DNA of 43,561 nt from Candidatus Dormiibacterota bacterium (GTDB lineage Bacteria; Vulcanimicrobiota; Vulcanimicrobiia; Vulcanimicrobiales; Vulcanimicrobiaceae): NCBI GenBank assembly GCA_035532035.1, contig DATKRS010000026.1, positions 1-43,561 on the forward strand, given 5' to 3'. Shown in pieces: positions 17,623 to 25,745 of this stretch (within the stretch, counting starts at the first letter, position 1; the number at the start of each line of letters is the position of its first letter). Below the pieces are notes generated by a model. The model saw only the letters and a list, made by a program, of their open reading frames with translations, did not search any database and had not been told where the DNA came from. A program made the translations under genes and the position numbers.

Positions 17623-18075
17623 TTATACCGGCGGCCTTTTCGGGCTTTCGCTTTCGTGGGGCTCGTATGGAGACGGATCGCGGCGCTCCATGCCATAAGG
17701 GCCAAAAGGCGTCCCCGAGCGGCCGCTCGCCGGACGCCCGCCCGCAACGAGGGAGCCCACGATCTGTGCGATCCCAACGAAGGTCGGGATGATTCCACCC
17801 AACAGCCAGGGTCCCAAAACGAAGCGACCGCCGAAGCCGTCGCCGTTATAGCCGATGAATGCGAGCCCGATCGTGAGAGCGATCCCGATGAAGGTGACGG
17901 AGATGCCGCGCCGGAGCTGGAGGTTGCCGTCGTACTGAACGGGCGGAACGTAGCCGTGGCGGATCATCTCCATCCGCTCGCGGTGCGAGAAGACCCGGAA
18001 CAGAATCACGGCGACGATCGGCAGGGCGATGACGCATACGACGGCGACGAGGGCGATGGTGGAGTCTGAATCCAT
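17623..18075 (-). CDS. small membrane protein (3 TM helices, Gly-rich; unknown function)
   Basis: ORF track 17623..18075. It has an N-terminal TM segment (IALVAVVCVIALPIVAVILF), two further Gly-rich TM segments and an acidic/Pro C-terminal tail. It is divergent from the ECF sigma gene. Confidence 0.55.
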   Translation of the reverse strand: MDSDSTIALVAVVCVIALPIVAVILFRVFSHRERMEMIRHGYVPPVQYDGNLQLRRGISVTFIGIALTIGLAFIGYNGDGFGGRFVLGPWLLGGIIPTFVGIAQIVGSLVAGGRPASGRSGTPFGPYGMERRDPSPYEPHESESPKRPPV

Positions 18076-18107
18076 AGCGTTCTAGCAGCGTGCCTCCGTT
18101 TGGAGTA

Positions 18108-18164
18108 CCTCTCTTCCCTCGGGATGTTTCGGCCCGCCCTCGAAACACCGGAGGGGAGGAGAGG
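18108..18164. repeat. long imperfect inverted repeat (about 24-nt arms, 9-nt loop) in the divergent region upstream of the ECF sigma gene
   Basis: Read directly from the sequence: CCTCTCTTCCCTCGGGATGTTTCG-gcccgccct-CGAAACACCGGAGGGGAGGAGAGG. The 3' arm contains the purine-rich SD-like tract immediately upstream of the GTG at 18176. Confidence 0.4.
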
Positions 18165-18175
18165 GTATTGAGGAC

Positions 18176-18748
18176 GTGGCGGCACTTGCGCAGCGCGCGG
18201 ATGCCGCGTTGAGCGCCGAGCTGGAGGACGGGGCTCTGGTCTCTGCGGTCTTACGTGGCGATTCCGAGGCCTTTGCGACGCTGGTCCGCCGATACGAGCG
18301 GCCGGTCTACCACCTCGCGTTCCGCACGCTGCGAGACGCTGAGGAAGCGCGCGATGTCGCACAGGAGGCATTCTTCAAGGCCTATCGCTCGCTGCGCACG
18401 TTTCGGATCGGAGCCAAGTTCTCTACGTGGATGTACTCGATCGCCTACCATGCCTGCTGCGATCGCCTGAGCCGGCGCAAGCGCTTCAGCGGCGAAGAGC
18501 TGCCTGAAAGCGCGGACCCGAGCCCCGGACCCGAGCCAACCGTCATCGCGCTCGACGAGGCGCAGCGGCTGCGCGACGCAATCGAGTTGCTGCCCGAGAA
18601 GTATCGCGTCGCGATCACGCTCTATCATCTGCAGGGGCGGCAATACGAAGAGATCGCTGCGGTGCTCGGGCTTCCGTTGGGTACGGTCAAGACGCATCTC
18701 TTTCGCGCAAAAGAACATCTTCGACGCCTGCTGGAAAGGTCTCCGTGA
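18176..18748 (+). CDS. ECF (group 4) RNA polymerase sigma-70 factor
   Basis: ORF track 18176..18748. Sigma region 2 (LVRRYERPVYHLAFRTLRDAEEARDVAQEAFFKAYRSL, FSTWMYSIAYHACCD) and region 4 (LLPEKYRVAITLYHLQGRQYEEIAAVLGLPLGTVKT) are both present. Confidence 0.9.
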   Translation: MAALAQRADAALSAELEDGALVSAVLRGDSEAFATLVRRYERPVYHLAFRTLRDAEEARDVAQEAFFKAYRSLRTFRIGAKFSTWMYSIAYHACCDRLSRRKRFSGEELPESADPSPGPEPTVIALDEAQRLRDAIELLPEKYRVAITLYHLQGRQYEEIAAVLGLPLGTVKTHLFRAKEHLRRLLERSP

Positions 18749-19096
18749 ATGAAGCTTGACGACGACGCGATCGATCGCGCGCTCGCGGCACTGCCGCTCG
18801 AGGAGGCGCCGCCTGGTCTGCATGCCGCGATTCTCGCCGGGACCGTGTATCGGCCGGCGCCGCTCTTCTCCCTCGCAGAGGTCGTCACCGCAGCGAGCGT
18901 CATCGCCGCGCTCGTGTGGGTCGCCGTCCTCATGGCTCCGCAGATCGCCGACACCGTAGCGGCTACGCTCTCGAATCTTAAGCTGCTCGCCTGGGCCGGC
19001 ACGGGCATCGCGATCGCCACATGGCTCGAGCTTTTCACGATATCCCAACCGGCGTACGCGGCCTCCCGGCGGGCAAAGGGGCACTTCGAGCCGTAA
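18749..19096 (+). CDS. putative membrane anti-sigma factor
   Basis: ORF track 18749..19096. Its ATG directly abuts the sigma-factor stop (TGAATG). It has a cytoplasmic N-terminal roughly 45 aa, then two TM helices. The call rests on context only; there is no zinc-finger motif. Confidence 0.55.
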   Translation: MKLDDDAIDRALAALPLEEAPPGLHAAILAGTVYRPAPLFSLAEVVTAASVIAALVWVAVLMAPQIADTVAATLSNLKLLAWAGTGIAIATWLELFTISQPAYAASRRAKGHFEP

Positions 19097-19104
19097 CAAA
19101 CGGC

Positions 19105-19782
19105 ATGGACAACGGACAGGCCCGGACGGTGCTGGTCGTCGAGGACGATCCGGCGATCGGTCGCGTGCTGCAGCTCGAGCTCGAGCACGAGGGGTATCGC
19201 GTCGAGATGGCCGCCGACGGGCTCAGCGGTCTGGAGAAGGCGCTCAAAGAGCCGGATCTCGTCATCCTCGATCTCATGCTTCCCCGTATGGACGGCTTCG
19301 AGCTGTGTAAGCGCTTGCGCGCGAAGAGCCGCGTTCCGATCATCATGCTCACCGCGCGCGACACCGTGCCGGATCGCGTCGCCGGCCTCGATCTCGGAGC
19401 GGATGACTATCTTACCAAGCCCTTTTCTACCGAAGAACTGCTCGCGCGCGTACGCGCCAGGCTGCGCGAGCGCGACCCGCAGTCAAACGTCATCGAGTAC
19501 CGCGACATGGTGATGGATCGCGATCGCCATGAGGTCTCACGCGCCGGCCGTCCGATCGCGCTGACCGCCAAAGAGTACGCGCTGCTCGAGTACCTGCTGC
19601 TGCACCGCAACAAAGTCCATACGCGAGACGAGTTGTTCAACGGCGTCTGGGGCAGCGACTTCCTCGGCGACTCGAATCTCATCGACGTCTACATTCGCTA
19701 TCTCCGCGGGAAGATCGACGACGACTACGACGACAAGCTCATCACGACCGTGCGCGGCGTCGGTTACACGATCAAAGATTAA
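19105..19782 (+). CDS. OmpR/PhoB-family response regulator
   Basis: Track ORF 19021..19782. The receiver domain starts at MDNGQARTVLVVEDD (ATG 19105, 9 nt after the anti-sigma stop). The phospho-acceptor D is in LVILDLMLP, and there is a C-terminal winged-helix (TAKEYALLEYLL, VRGVGYTIKD). Confidence 0.9.
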   Translation: MDNGQARTVLVVEDDPAIGRVLQLELEHEGYRVEMAADGLSGLEKALKEPDLVILDLMLPRMDGFELCKRLRAKSRVPIIMLTARDTVPDRVAGLDLGADDYLTKPFSTEELLARVRARLRERDPQSNVIEYRDMVMDRDRHEVSRAGRPIALTAKEYALLEYLLLHRNKVHTRDELFNGVWGSDFLGDSNLIDVYIRYLRGKIDDDYDDKLITTVRGVGYTIKD

Positions 19783-19788
19783 GGAACC

Positions 19789-22209
19789 TTGAACGTCCGT
19801 TCCGATAGCCTTCGCTGGAAGATCGCCGCGTGGTACGCGACGCTTCTCGTGGTCGTGCTCGCTACGACGAGCGGCGTTCTCGTCTGGCGCTTCGGCAGCA
19901 TCATCTACGCACAAGCGCGCGAGCGCGCGAATGCGACGATGGACGAGGTCTTGGCCGTCGCAAACCCGGTTGGCGCACCGCTCGGCCTGCAGGACGTCGC
20001 CTCCAACACGACGCCGCTGCAGGTGCTTCTCAACAGCGACAACCTCGTCTATTGGACCTCGCCCGAGTCGGCGATCGAGATCGACACCCCGGCCGGCTAC
20101 CCGATGGTGAAAACGCCGAATCTGGGTGCGGGGCGCATACCGCCCGCGCCTGTCGACGCCGCGCACCCGGTCGCCTTCCGCGATGCTCAGGTACGCGGTC
20201 AGCCCGCCATCGTCGCCGCGCACTTCGTGCGCGTCGGCGGCACGACCAACGTCGTGGTGCAAGTCGCGCAGTCGCTTGCGACGGTCTCGCACGCGATCGA
20301 CGAAGCGCGCCGAACGGTCGTGCTCGTTCTCGCCGCGGCGATCGCGGCGGTCGTCGCGCTCTCACTCGTTCTCGCATCGCAGGCGATCAACCCGATCAAC
20401 GAGCTCTCGCGCGCGATGCGCGAGATCGGCTTCGAGCGACTCGGACGCCGCCTCAACTGGCCTCGACGGGACGAAATCGGCGCGCTCGCGGAGTCGTTCG
20501 ACGATCTCCTCGCGCGCCTCGAAGCCTCCTTCTCACGCGAGCGGCAGTTCATCTCCGATGCATCGCACGAGCTCAAGACGCCGCTCACCTCGATCAACGC
20601 CAACGCGCAGATGCTGTTGCGCTGGGCGGAGCGCAACGAAGGCGTGCGCCGGGAGAGCCTGGAGACGATCGCGCACGAGAGCTCGTCTCTCGGCGAGATG
20701 GTCAACGGCATGCTCACGCTCGCGAAGGCGGATCGCGGCGACGATATTCCCAAAGAGCCGGTCTCGTTGATCGAAGAGGCGAGGGAGGTCGTGCGACACG
20801 CCGCGCCGCGCGCTCGCGAGAAGGGCCTGACGCTCACGTTCGTGCCGAAGAGCGACTCCGCCATCGTGTTCGCGGAGCCGCATTTGATTCGCCAGATGAT
20901 CGGGAACCTCGTCGACAACGCGATCAAGTTCACGGACGCGGGCGGCGTCGACGTTCTCGTCGGCGCCGAGGACGGCACGGGTTGGCTCGAGGTTCGCGAC
21001 ACCGGGCCGGGGATCGGCGAGCGCGATCTGCCACGCATATTCGAGCGTTTCTACCGGGCGGACCGCTCCCGTTCGCGTAGCGTCCCCGGCACCGGCTTGG
21101 GCCTCGCGATCGTACGTTCGATCGCGCGCGCCCACGACGGGAACGTCGACGCGCAGCGCAGCGCGAGCGGCGGCAGTCTCTTCCGCGTTACGATCCCACT
21201 CCTGGCGTTGCTTGCAGGCCTCTTCTGCTTCTCGCCGCCGGCAATTGCGCGCGCCGACGAGATTGCGGTGAGCGCGAGCCCCGTCGTCAACGTCATGCTT
21301 GCAAACGGCAACCTCACGATCACGACGTGGAACCGTTCCGAGATTCGCGTCGTCACGGACAAGCGCGTCGACTGGAAGCGCTTCGACACGCGCCAAACGG
21401 CACCGCGGATCCCCTCGGAGATCAACTCGTGGGCCGTCACGGTCTCCACGCCGCGCGGTCCCGCGTTTCTTCCGGCTGAAACGTTCATGCTGCCTGCATT
21501 TGCGCCAGGTCCGCACGATGCCGTCTCCATGCAAGGATTCGGAGATACGACGATCACCGTCCCGTCGCGGGCGGCGCTCGTCATCGCCCGCGTGATCGCC
21601 GGCACGATAACGGTGCGCGGGTATCACGGCGTTCTCGTCGCTCACGTTCGGCGAGGCGCGATGCGGTTCGTCGGTTTTCGCGGGACGGCGTACGCGCAAG
21701 TCGTCGCCGGCCGCATTATCGCCGTCGACTCTTCCTTCGACCGCCTGCGCGCGCGGACGGCGAACGGCAATCTCCTTTTCGAAGCGTGCCGTTCGCGGCA
21801 GATTGACGTAACCGCGATTCACGGCGCTATTCTGTACGACGACGGAGCGTTCGCGGAGGGACCGGCGTACTTCTCGACCGGCGAAGGCGCGGTGGCCATC
21901 GGCGTCGTCGGCAGCGGCCTCACGCTCAGCGGCCATAGTGCGAACGGCGACGTCATGCTTGGTTTCGGGCCTCAAGCAACGGTGCGCCGGCGCGGCGGAA
22001 GCGTCGTGGTCAACCTCGGTGGAGGGGGCGCGTTCGTCAGCGCTCAGGCACCGGGTCTCGTCGCTCTCTACCACGGTAGGCTTGCAGAGCACAGGCGGAT
22101 CCTCGCGCGCCTAGGCTTCGCACGCTTCGCGCCGATAGCTTCCTTTAGAGGGTCGCCGCCTCGGTCTCGACCTCGAGGTCGACGATCATCCCGTCGTCCG
22201 CCGCGATAG
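19789..22209 (+). CDS. sensor histidine kinase fused to a C-terminal transmembrane helix and a DUF4097-like beta-helical domain
   Basis: ORF track 19789..22209 (806 aa) is one uninterrupted frame. Residues 1-465 have TM1, a periplasmic loop, TM2, HAMP, HisKA (ISDASHELKTPLTS) and HATPase_c (GNLVDNAIKF, GTGLGLAIV) regions. Residues 471-486 are hydrophobic (LLALLAGLFCFSPPAIA). Residues 487-780 carry a repetitive G-x-I/V-x-V beta-strand pattern, and the tail is Arg-rich. Confidence 0.8.
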   Translation: MNVRSDSLRWKIAAWYATLLVVVLATTSGVLVWRFGSIIYAQARERANATMDEVLAVANPVGAPLGLQDVASNTTPLQVLLNSDNLVYWTSPESAIEIDTPAGYPMVKTPNLGAGRIPPAPVDAAHPVAFRDAQVRGQPAIVAAHFVRVGGTTNVVVQVAQSLATVSHAIDEARRTVVLVLAAAIAAVVALSLVLASQAINPINELSRAMREIGFERLGRRLNWPRRDEIGALAESFDDLLARLEASFSRERQFISDASHELKTPLTSINANAQMLLRWAERNEGVRRESLETIAHESSSLGEMVNGMLTLAKADRGDDIPKEPVSLIEEAREVVRHAAPRAREKGLTLTFVPKSDSAIVFAEPHLIRQMIGNLVDNAIKFTDAGGVDVLVGAEDGTGWLEVRDTGPGIGERDLPRIFERFYRADRSRSRSVPGTGLGLAIVRSIARAHDGNVDAQRSASGGSLFRVTIPLLALLAGLFCFSPPAIARADEIAVSASPVVNVMLANGNLTITTWNRSEIRVVTDKRVDWKRFDTRQTAPRIPSEINSWAVTVSTPRGPAFLPAETFMLPAFAPGPHDAVSMQGFGDTTITVPSRAALVIARVIAGTITVRGYHGVLVAHVRRGAMRFVGFRGTAYAQVVAGRIIAVDSSFDRLRARTANGNLLFEACRSRQIDVTAIHGAILYDDGAFAEGPAYFSTGEGAVAIGVVGSGLTLSGHSANGDVMLGFGPQATVRRRGGSVVVNLGGGGAFVSAQAPGLVALYHGRLAEHRRILARLGFARFAPIASFRGSPPRSRPRGRRSSRRPPR

Positions 22210-22939
22210 CGCGCAGCCCGAGGCGATCTTCCACCTCCTGCGCGAGCACCGCGGGATCGCGTTCGAGCATCTTCGTTCCAAAGTGCGCAAAGACCACGAC
22301 CTTGGGCTGTACGGTCTCGACGATGCGCTGCGCGTCGTCCCACGCCAGATGATCCACGTCCATGCCGTCTCGAAAGCGCAGGACGTTGATGACCAAGACG
22401 TCCGGACGGCGACGCGCGTAATCTTCGGCGAGTCCTTCGAAGAAACGTCCACACGGCAGATAGGCGACGCGCAATCCTTCGTACGCGAAGTGAAATCCGT
22501 ATGTCTGCGCGGCGTGCACGTGCGCGATCGACGTGAAGACCTCGACGGCGCCGACGCGATAGGGGCCCGCGTCTGCGTCCAGGGCCACGACGCGTTCGAC
22601 GAACTCCTGCGCGTACGGGAGAACGACCGGTTCGCCCTCGAGTGCGTCGCGCGGCGCGAGAACGGCCCCACGCTTGCGATGGCCGCCCGCGGTCATCGCC
22701 TCGATCATGACGTTCACGTCGCCCGAATGGTCAAGGTGCTTGTGCGAAAGGAGAATCCCGTCGAGTTCGCGCGGGTTGCACGGCGGCACGTGCGTCAGCG
22801 CACGCACGAGCGCACCCGGTCCGGGGTCGACGTGGAGCTGCGTCTGGCCGAAGCGCATCCACATGCCGCCCGACGCGCGCAGCTGCCGCGCGACGACGAA
22901 GCGGGCACCGCCGCTCCCCAGGAAGAGAATCGAGCTCAC
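22145..22939 (-). CDS. MBL-fold metallo-hydrolase
   Basis: Track ORF 22145..23158. It carries the HxHxDH motif (HKHLDHSGD) and a conserved N-terminus (ILFLGSGGA). I trimmed the start to the GTG at 22939, preceded by the DUF1501 stop at 22953. The upstream 73 aa are an artefact. Confidence 0.7.
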   Translation of the reverse strand: MSSILFLGSGGARFVVARQLRASGGMWMRFGQTQLHVDPGPGALVRALTHVPPCNPRELDGILLSHKHLDHSGDVNVMIEAMTAGGHRKRGAVLAPRDALEGEPVVLPYAQEFVERVVALDADAGPYRVGAVEVFTSIAHVHAAQTYGFHFAYEGLRVAYLPCGRFFEGLAEDYARRRPDVLVINVLRFRDGMDVDHLAWDDAQRIVETVQPKVVVFAHFGTKMLERDPAVLAQEVEDRLGLRAIAADDGMIVDLEVETEAATL

Positions 22940-22952
22940 GAGCGCCGCCCGC

Positions 22953-24170
22953 TCAAAGCAGGGCGAGCTGCTCGAACGTGCCGTTGAGCACGGGTGCCGA
23001 CGGACGACCGAGCCAGCGTTCGAGCACGGTCGCATACACGTTGCGGAAATCGGTCGTGAAGCGCACATTGCCCATGTTCGTCGCCGCGAGGCTCGGAGCA
23101 TCGCCGTAGATACCGCCCTTCGTGCCTCCCCCGACGAGGAAGAGGGGCGAGGCCTCACCGTGGTCGGTTCCGCGGCTTCCGTTCTCTTCGATGCGCCGAC
23201 CGAACTCGCTAAAGGTCATCGTCAGCACGCGCCGGTCGTTTCCGTGTGCAGCAAGATCGTCGTAGAATGCCTTGAGCGCATCCGAGAACTCGCCGAGGAG
23301 GCGATTCTGTACGGCGATTTGATTGACGTGCGTGTCGAACGAGCCGTGCTGCACGTAGATGACCTTCGTGCCGATGTTGCTTCCGACGATCTGCGCCGCA
23401 AGCGCCAGGCTTCGCCCGAGCGGCGTCGCCGGATACGCCGCGCTCGTCGTGTAGCCGGCGATCAAACGCGGCAGTTCTTCGGAACCGCGCTGCGAGCGAT
23501 CTTCGATCTCCATGACGTGAGCGAGATACGGTGAAGAGAACGGGAGGCGCTCGTCACGCACCAACGCCGTGAAGGCCCTGCGCTCCATCGGGTTCCGATC
23601 GACGCGTAAGCCGTATGCGGCTTCGCTCGCAATCGCCGGAACGTCGACCTTCGTTCCGACCATGACTTCCGGAAGAATCTGCGCGAGTGAGATGCCGTTG
23701 AAGAGATTGGCCTGCGGAAGGCCGGCTTCGTCGAGATAGCGCCCGAGCCAGCCCGTATGCTCGTACCGGTCGGGCGCTGCCGTCTGCCAGATCTCGGTGG
23801 AGCGGAAATGCGAATGATCGGGATTCGGATACCCGACGCCCTGCACGATCGCCACCATGCCCTTGTCGTACAGCGCCTTGAACGACGTCATCTTCGGGTT
23901 GAGTCCCAGCTGCGCATCGATTGCCAGAACGTCGCTTCGCGCAATCGCAAGCGAGGGCCGAACGCGGTAGTAATCCGCGTCGCCGTGGGGCACGACGCAG
24001 TTCAGGCCGTCGTTCCCGCCCTGCAAGTTGATGAGGACCAAGCAACGATTCTGCGCTCCCGGCAGGCCGGGGAGGGGCGCCGCCGCGAGCGCGCGCGCGA
24101 AGATGTGGTCCGCGTTGGCCACGACCGTGATGCCGGAGAGCGCGCCGGCGACGAATCGCCCTCTTTTCAT
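22953..24170 (-). CDS. DUF1501 family protein (sulfatase-like fold, secreted)
   Basis: Track ORF 22953..24794. The protein begins at MKRGRFVAGALSGITVVA (ATG 24170, overlapping the DUF1800 TGA as ATGA). It has the DUF1501 blocks (LINLQGGNDGLN, HGSFDTH, TDHG). Confidence 0.8.
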   Translation of the reverse strand: MKRGRFVAGALSGITVVANADHIFARALAAAPLPGLPGAQNRCLVLINLQGGNDGLNCVVPHGDADYYRVRPSLAIARSDVLAIDAQLGLNPKMTSFKALYDKGMVAIVQGVGYPNPDHSHFRSTEIWQTAAPDRYEHTGWLGRYLDEAGLPQANLFNGISLAQILPEVMVGTKVDVPAIASEAAYGLRVDRNPMERRAFTALVRDERLPFSSPYLAHVMEIEDRSQRGSEELPRLIAGYTTSAAYPATPLGRSLALAAQIVGSNIGTKVIYVQHGSFDTHVNQIAVQNRLLGEFSDALKAFYDDLAAHGNDRRVLTMTFSEFGRRIEENGSRGTDHGEASPLFLVGGGTKGGIYGDAPSLAATNMGNVRFTTDFRNVYATVLERWLGRPSAPVLNGTFEQLALL

Positions 24171-25660
24171 CGGAGCTGGAACGCGGGCATGGCCATCGTC
24201 AGGTATGCCGCTCCGTGAATGCGCTCTGGAAAGTTTTCGACACCCAGCATGGCGAGCGCAGAGGTTCCTTCGCCCATGAGATATCCTTTGAGCTGCGCGT
24301 AGGACGCGGGTGACGCGTCGTCTTGCAGCAGCGCGTCGACGAGCGCGTGCGTCGCGCGCGCCGGGTCCATCGGAATGCCGTTCAACCACGAGGATGCCCC
24401 CATGATTTGCGCGTTGACGAGTCCTGCGAGGAAGTTCTGCCGTGCGATCATCATCTGGCTCGTCAGCCAGTTCTCGCCTCCCGGCCAGCCGGCGACGTTC
24501 GGCGGATAGAAGAGTATCTGACCCATCGCGCGCATCGCCGGAAGCGCGCTGCGACCGATCGTCGGAACGCCCAGCGCCTTGTAGGTGCCGACGACGAACT
24601 CGGCCGGCCCTTTCACGAGCGCGCGGTACGCGCGCTGCGAGTAGAACACGTTGCTGCGCAGCAGCGCCGACACGACCGGCGCCAGCTCGTAGTCGTGGCG
24701 CTGCAGCGCTTCGGCGACGCCGTCGACGAGCTCCGGCTCGGGATTGTCGTAGACGAAAAGACCGAGTAGAGAGGCGGCAAAGAAGCGCGCGCATTGCGGC
24801 TTCGCAAAGATGACGTTCACGACGTCGTCGCCGTCGAAGTTTCCCCGCCGGCCGAGGAACGTCTTCGTGCCGTCATCGTGGAGCCGCGGCGCAAAGAACG
24901 ATTGGCCGGTGATCCGAATCACGCGCCATCCCGTCCACGCGCGCGCCGCCTCGCGCACGTCGTCCTCGGTGTAGTGGTCGACGCCGAGCGTGAAGAGCTC
25001 CATCAGCTCGCGCGCGTAGTTCTCGTTCGGATGCGACGCGACGTTCAACGCGTTGTCCAAGTAGAGGAGCATCGCCGGGTCTTTCGAGACCGCGCGCGTC
25101 AGCTCGCGGAGATTTCCCAGCGCATACCGCCGGAAGAGCTCGTTCTGGCCGTAGGCCATGGCCGGCGAGACGCCCTTTTGAATCGCCGCGGTCGTGAAAT
25201 GCCCGTGAAAGAAGAGCGCCATCTTCTCCTGCAGCGGCGCCGGCGTCGCGAGCATGCGGTTGAGCCACCACAGCTGCAACGAGAGGATCGATCGCACTTC
25301 CTGCCGCCGCACCTGCTTGAAGAGCTGTCGCCGCGCGTCGCGGGATAGATCGCGCAGCCCCCTTGGGCCGTACTGCGAGAGTAGCGTGGAGGGATCGTAG
25401 ACGTTCTCCGGCGCGGGCAAGGCGTTCGTCGAGGGAAAGCGGACGAGGCGCTCGACCGCGTCGCCGGCCGCCATGCCGGTAAAGCTGCGGAGCTCGTCGG
25501 GCGTTGCGCCGAAGCCGGCTCGCCGCAAAAGGTGCGCCGCGCGGCGCGCATCCAGGACGCCGTCGTACGGTCGTAACGCGCGGGCGACGTCGAGGGAGCC
25601 TGACGGACGCAGGACGCCGGCGACGTCGAGGTGCGAGGTTTGCGCCCTCGTTGCGATCAT
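24167..25660 (-). CDS. DUF1800 family protein
   Basis: ORF track 24167..25660. It has the conserved DUF1800 signature (HLLRRAGFGATPDE, HGHFTT, YLDN..N....NENYARELMELFTLG). It forms the canonical pair with the downstream DUF1501 gene. Confidence 0.8.
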   Translation of the reverse strand: MIATRAQTSHLDVAGVLRPSGSLDVARALRPYDGVLDARRAAHLLRRAGFGATPDELRSFTGMAAGDAVERLVRFPSTNALPAPENVYDPSTLLSQYGPRGLRDLSRDARRQLFKQVRRQEVRSILSLQLWWLNRMLATPAPLQEKMALFFHGHFTTAAIQKGVSPAMAYGQNELFRRYALGNLRELTRAVSKDPAMLLYLDNALNVASHPNENYARELMELFTLGVDHYTEDDVREAARAWTGWRVIRITGQSFFAPRLHDDGTKTFLGRRGNFDGDDVVNVIFAKPQCARFFAASLLGLFVYDNPEPELVDGVAEALQRHDYELAPVVSALLRSNVFYSQRAYRALVKGPAEFVVGTYKALGVPTIGRSALPAMRAMGQILFYPPNVAGWPGGENWLTSQMMIARQNFLAGLVNAQIMGASSWLNGIPMDPARATHALVDALLQDDASPASYAQLKGYLMGEGTSALAMLGVENFPERIHGAAYLTMAMPAFQLR

Positions 25661-25745
25661 AGGCGTAGTCTAGCGCGTGGACCGCCAAAGCGCGAGTATC
25701 TCGGTGGAAGGTCTAACGATTGCTTCATTGGAACGCGCTCGCTCG

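Noticed and set aside
24171-24794. N-terminal 208 aa of the track ORF containing DUF1501, and similar 5' extensions of the MBL, MsrP-like, ZnuB, ZnuC, ZnuA, GT4 and amidohydrolase ORFs
   Set aside because: In each case the extension overlaps the upstream gene, is Arg/Ala-rich, and precedes a recognisable signal peptide or conserved N-terminus that has its own start codon coupled to the upstream stop.
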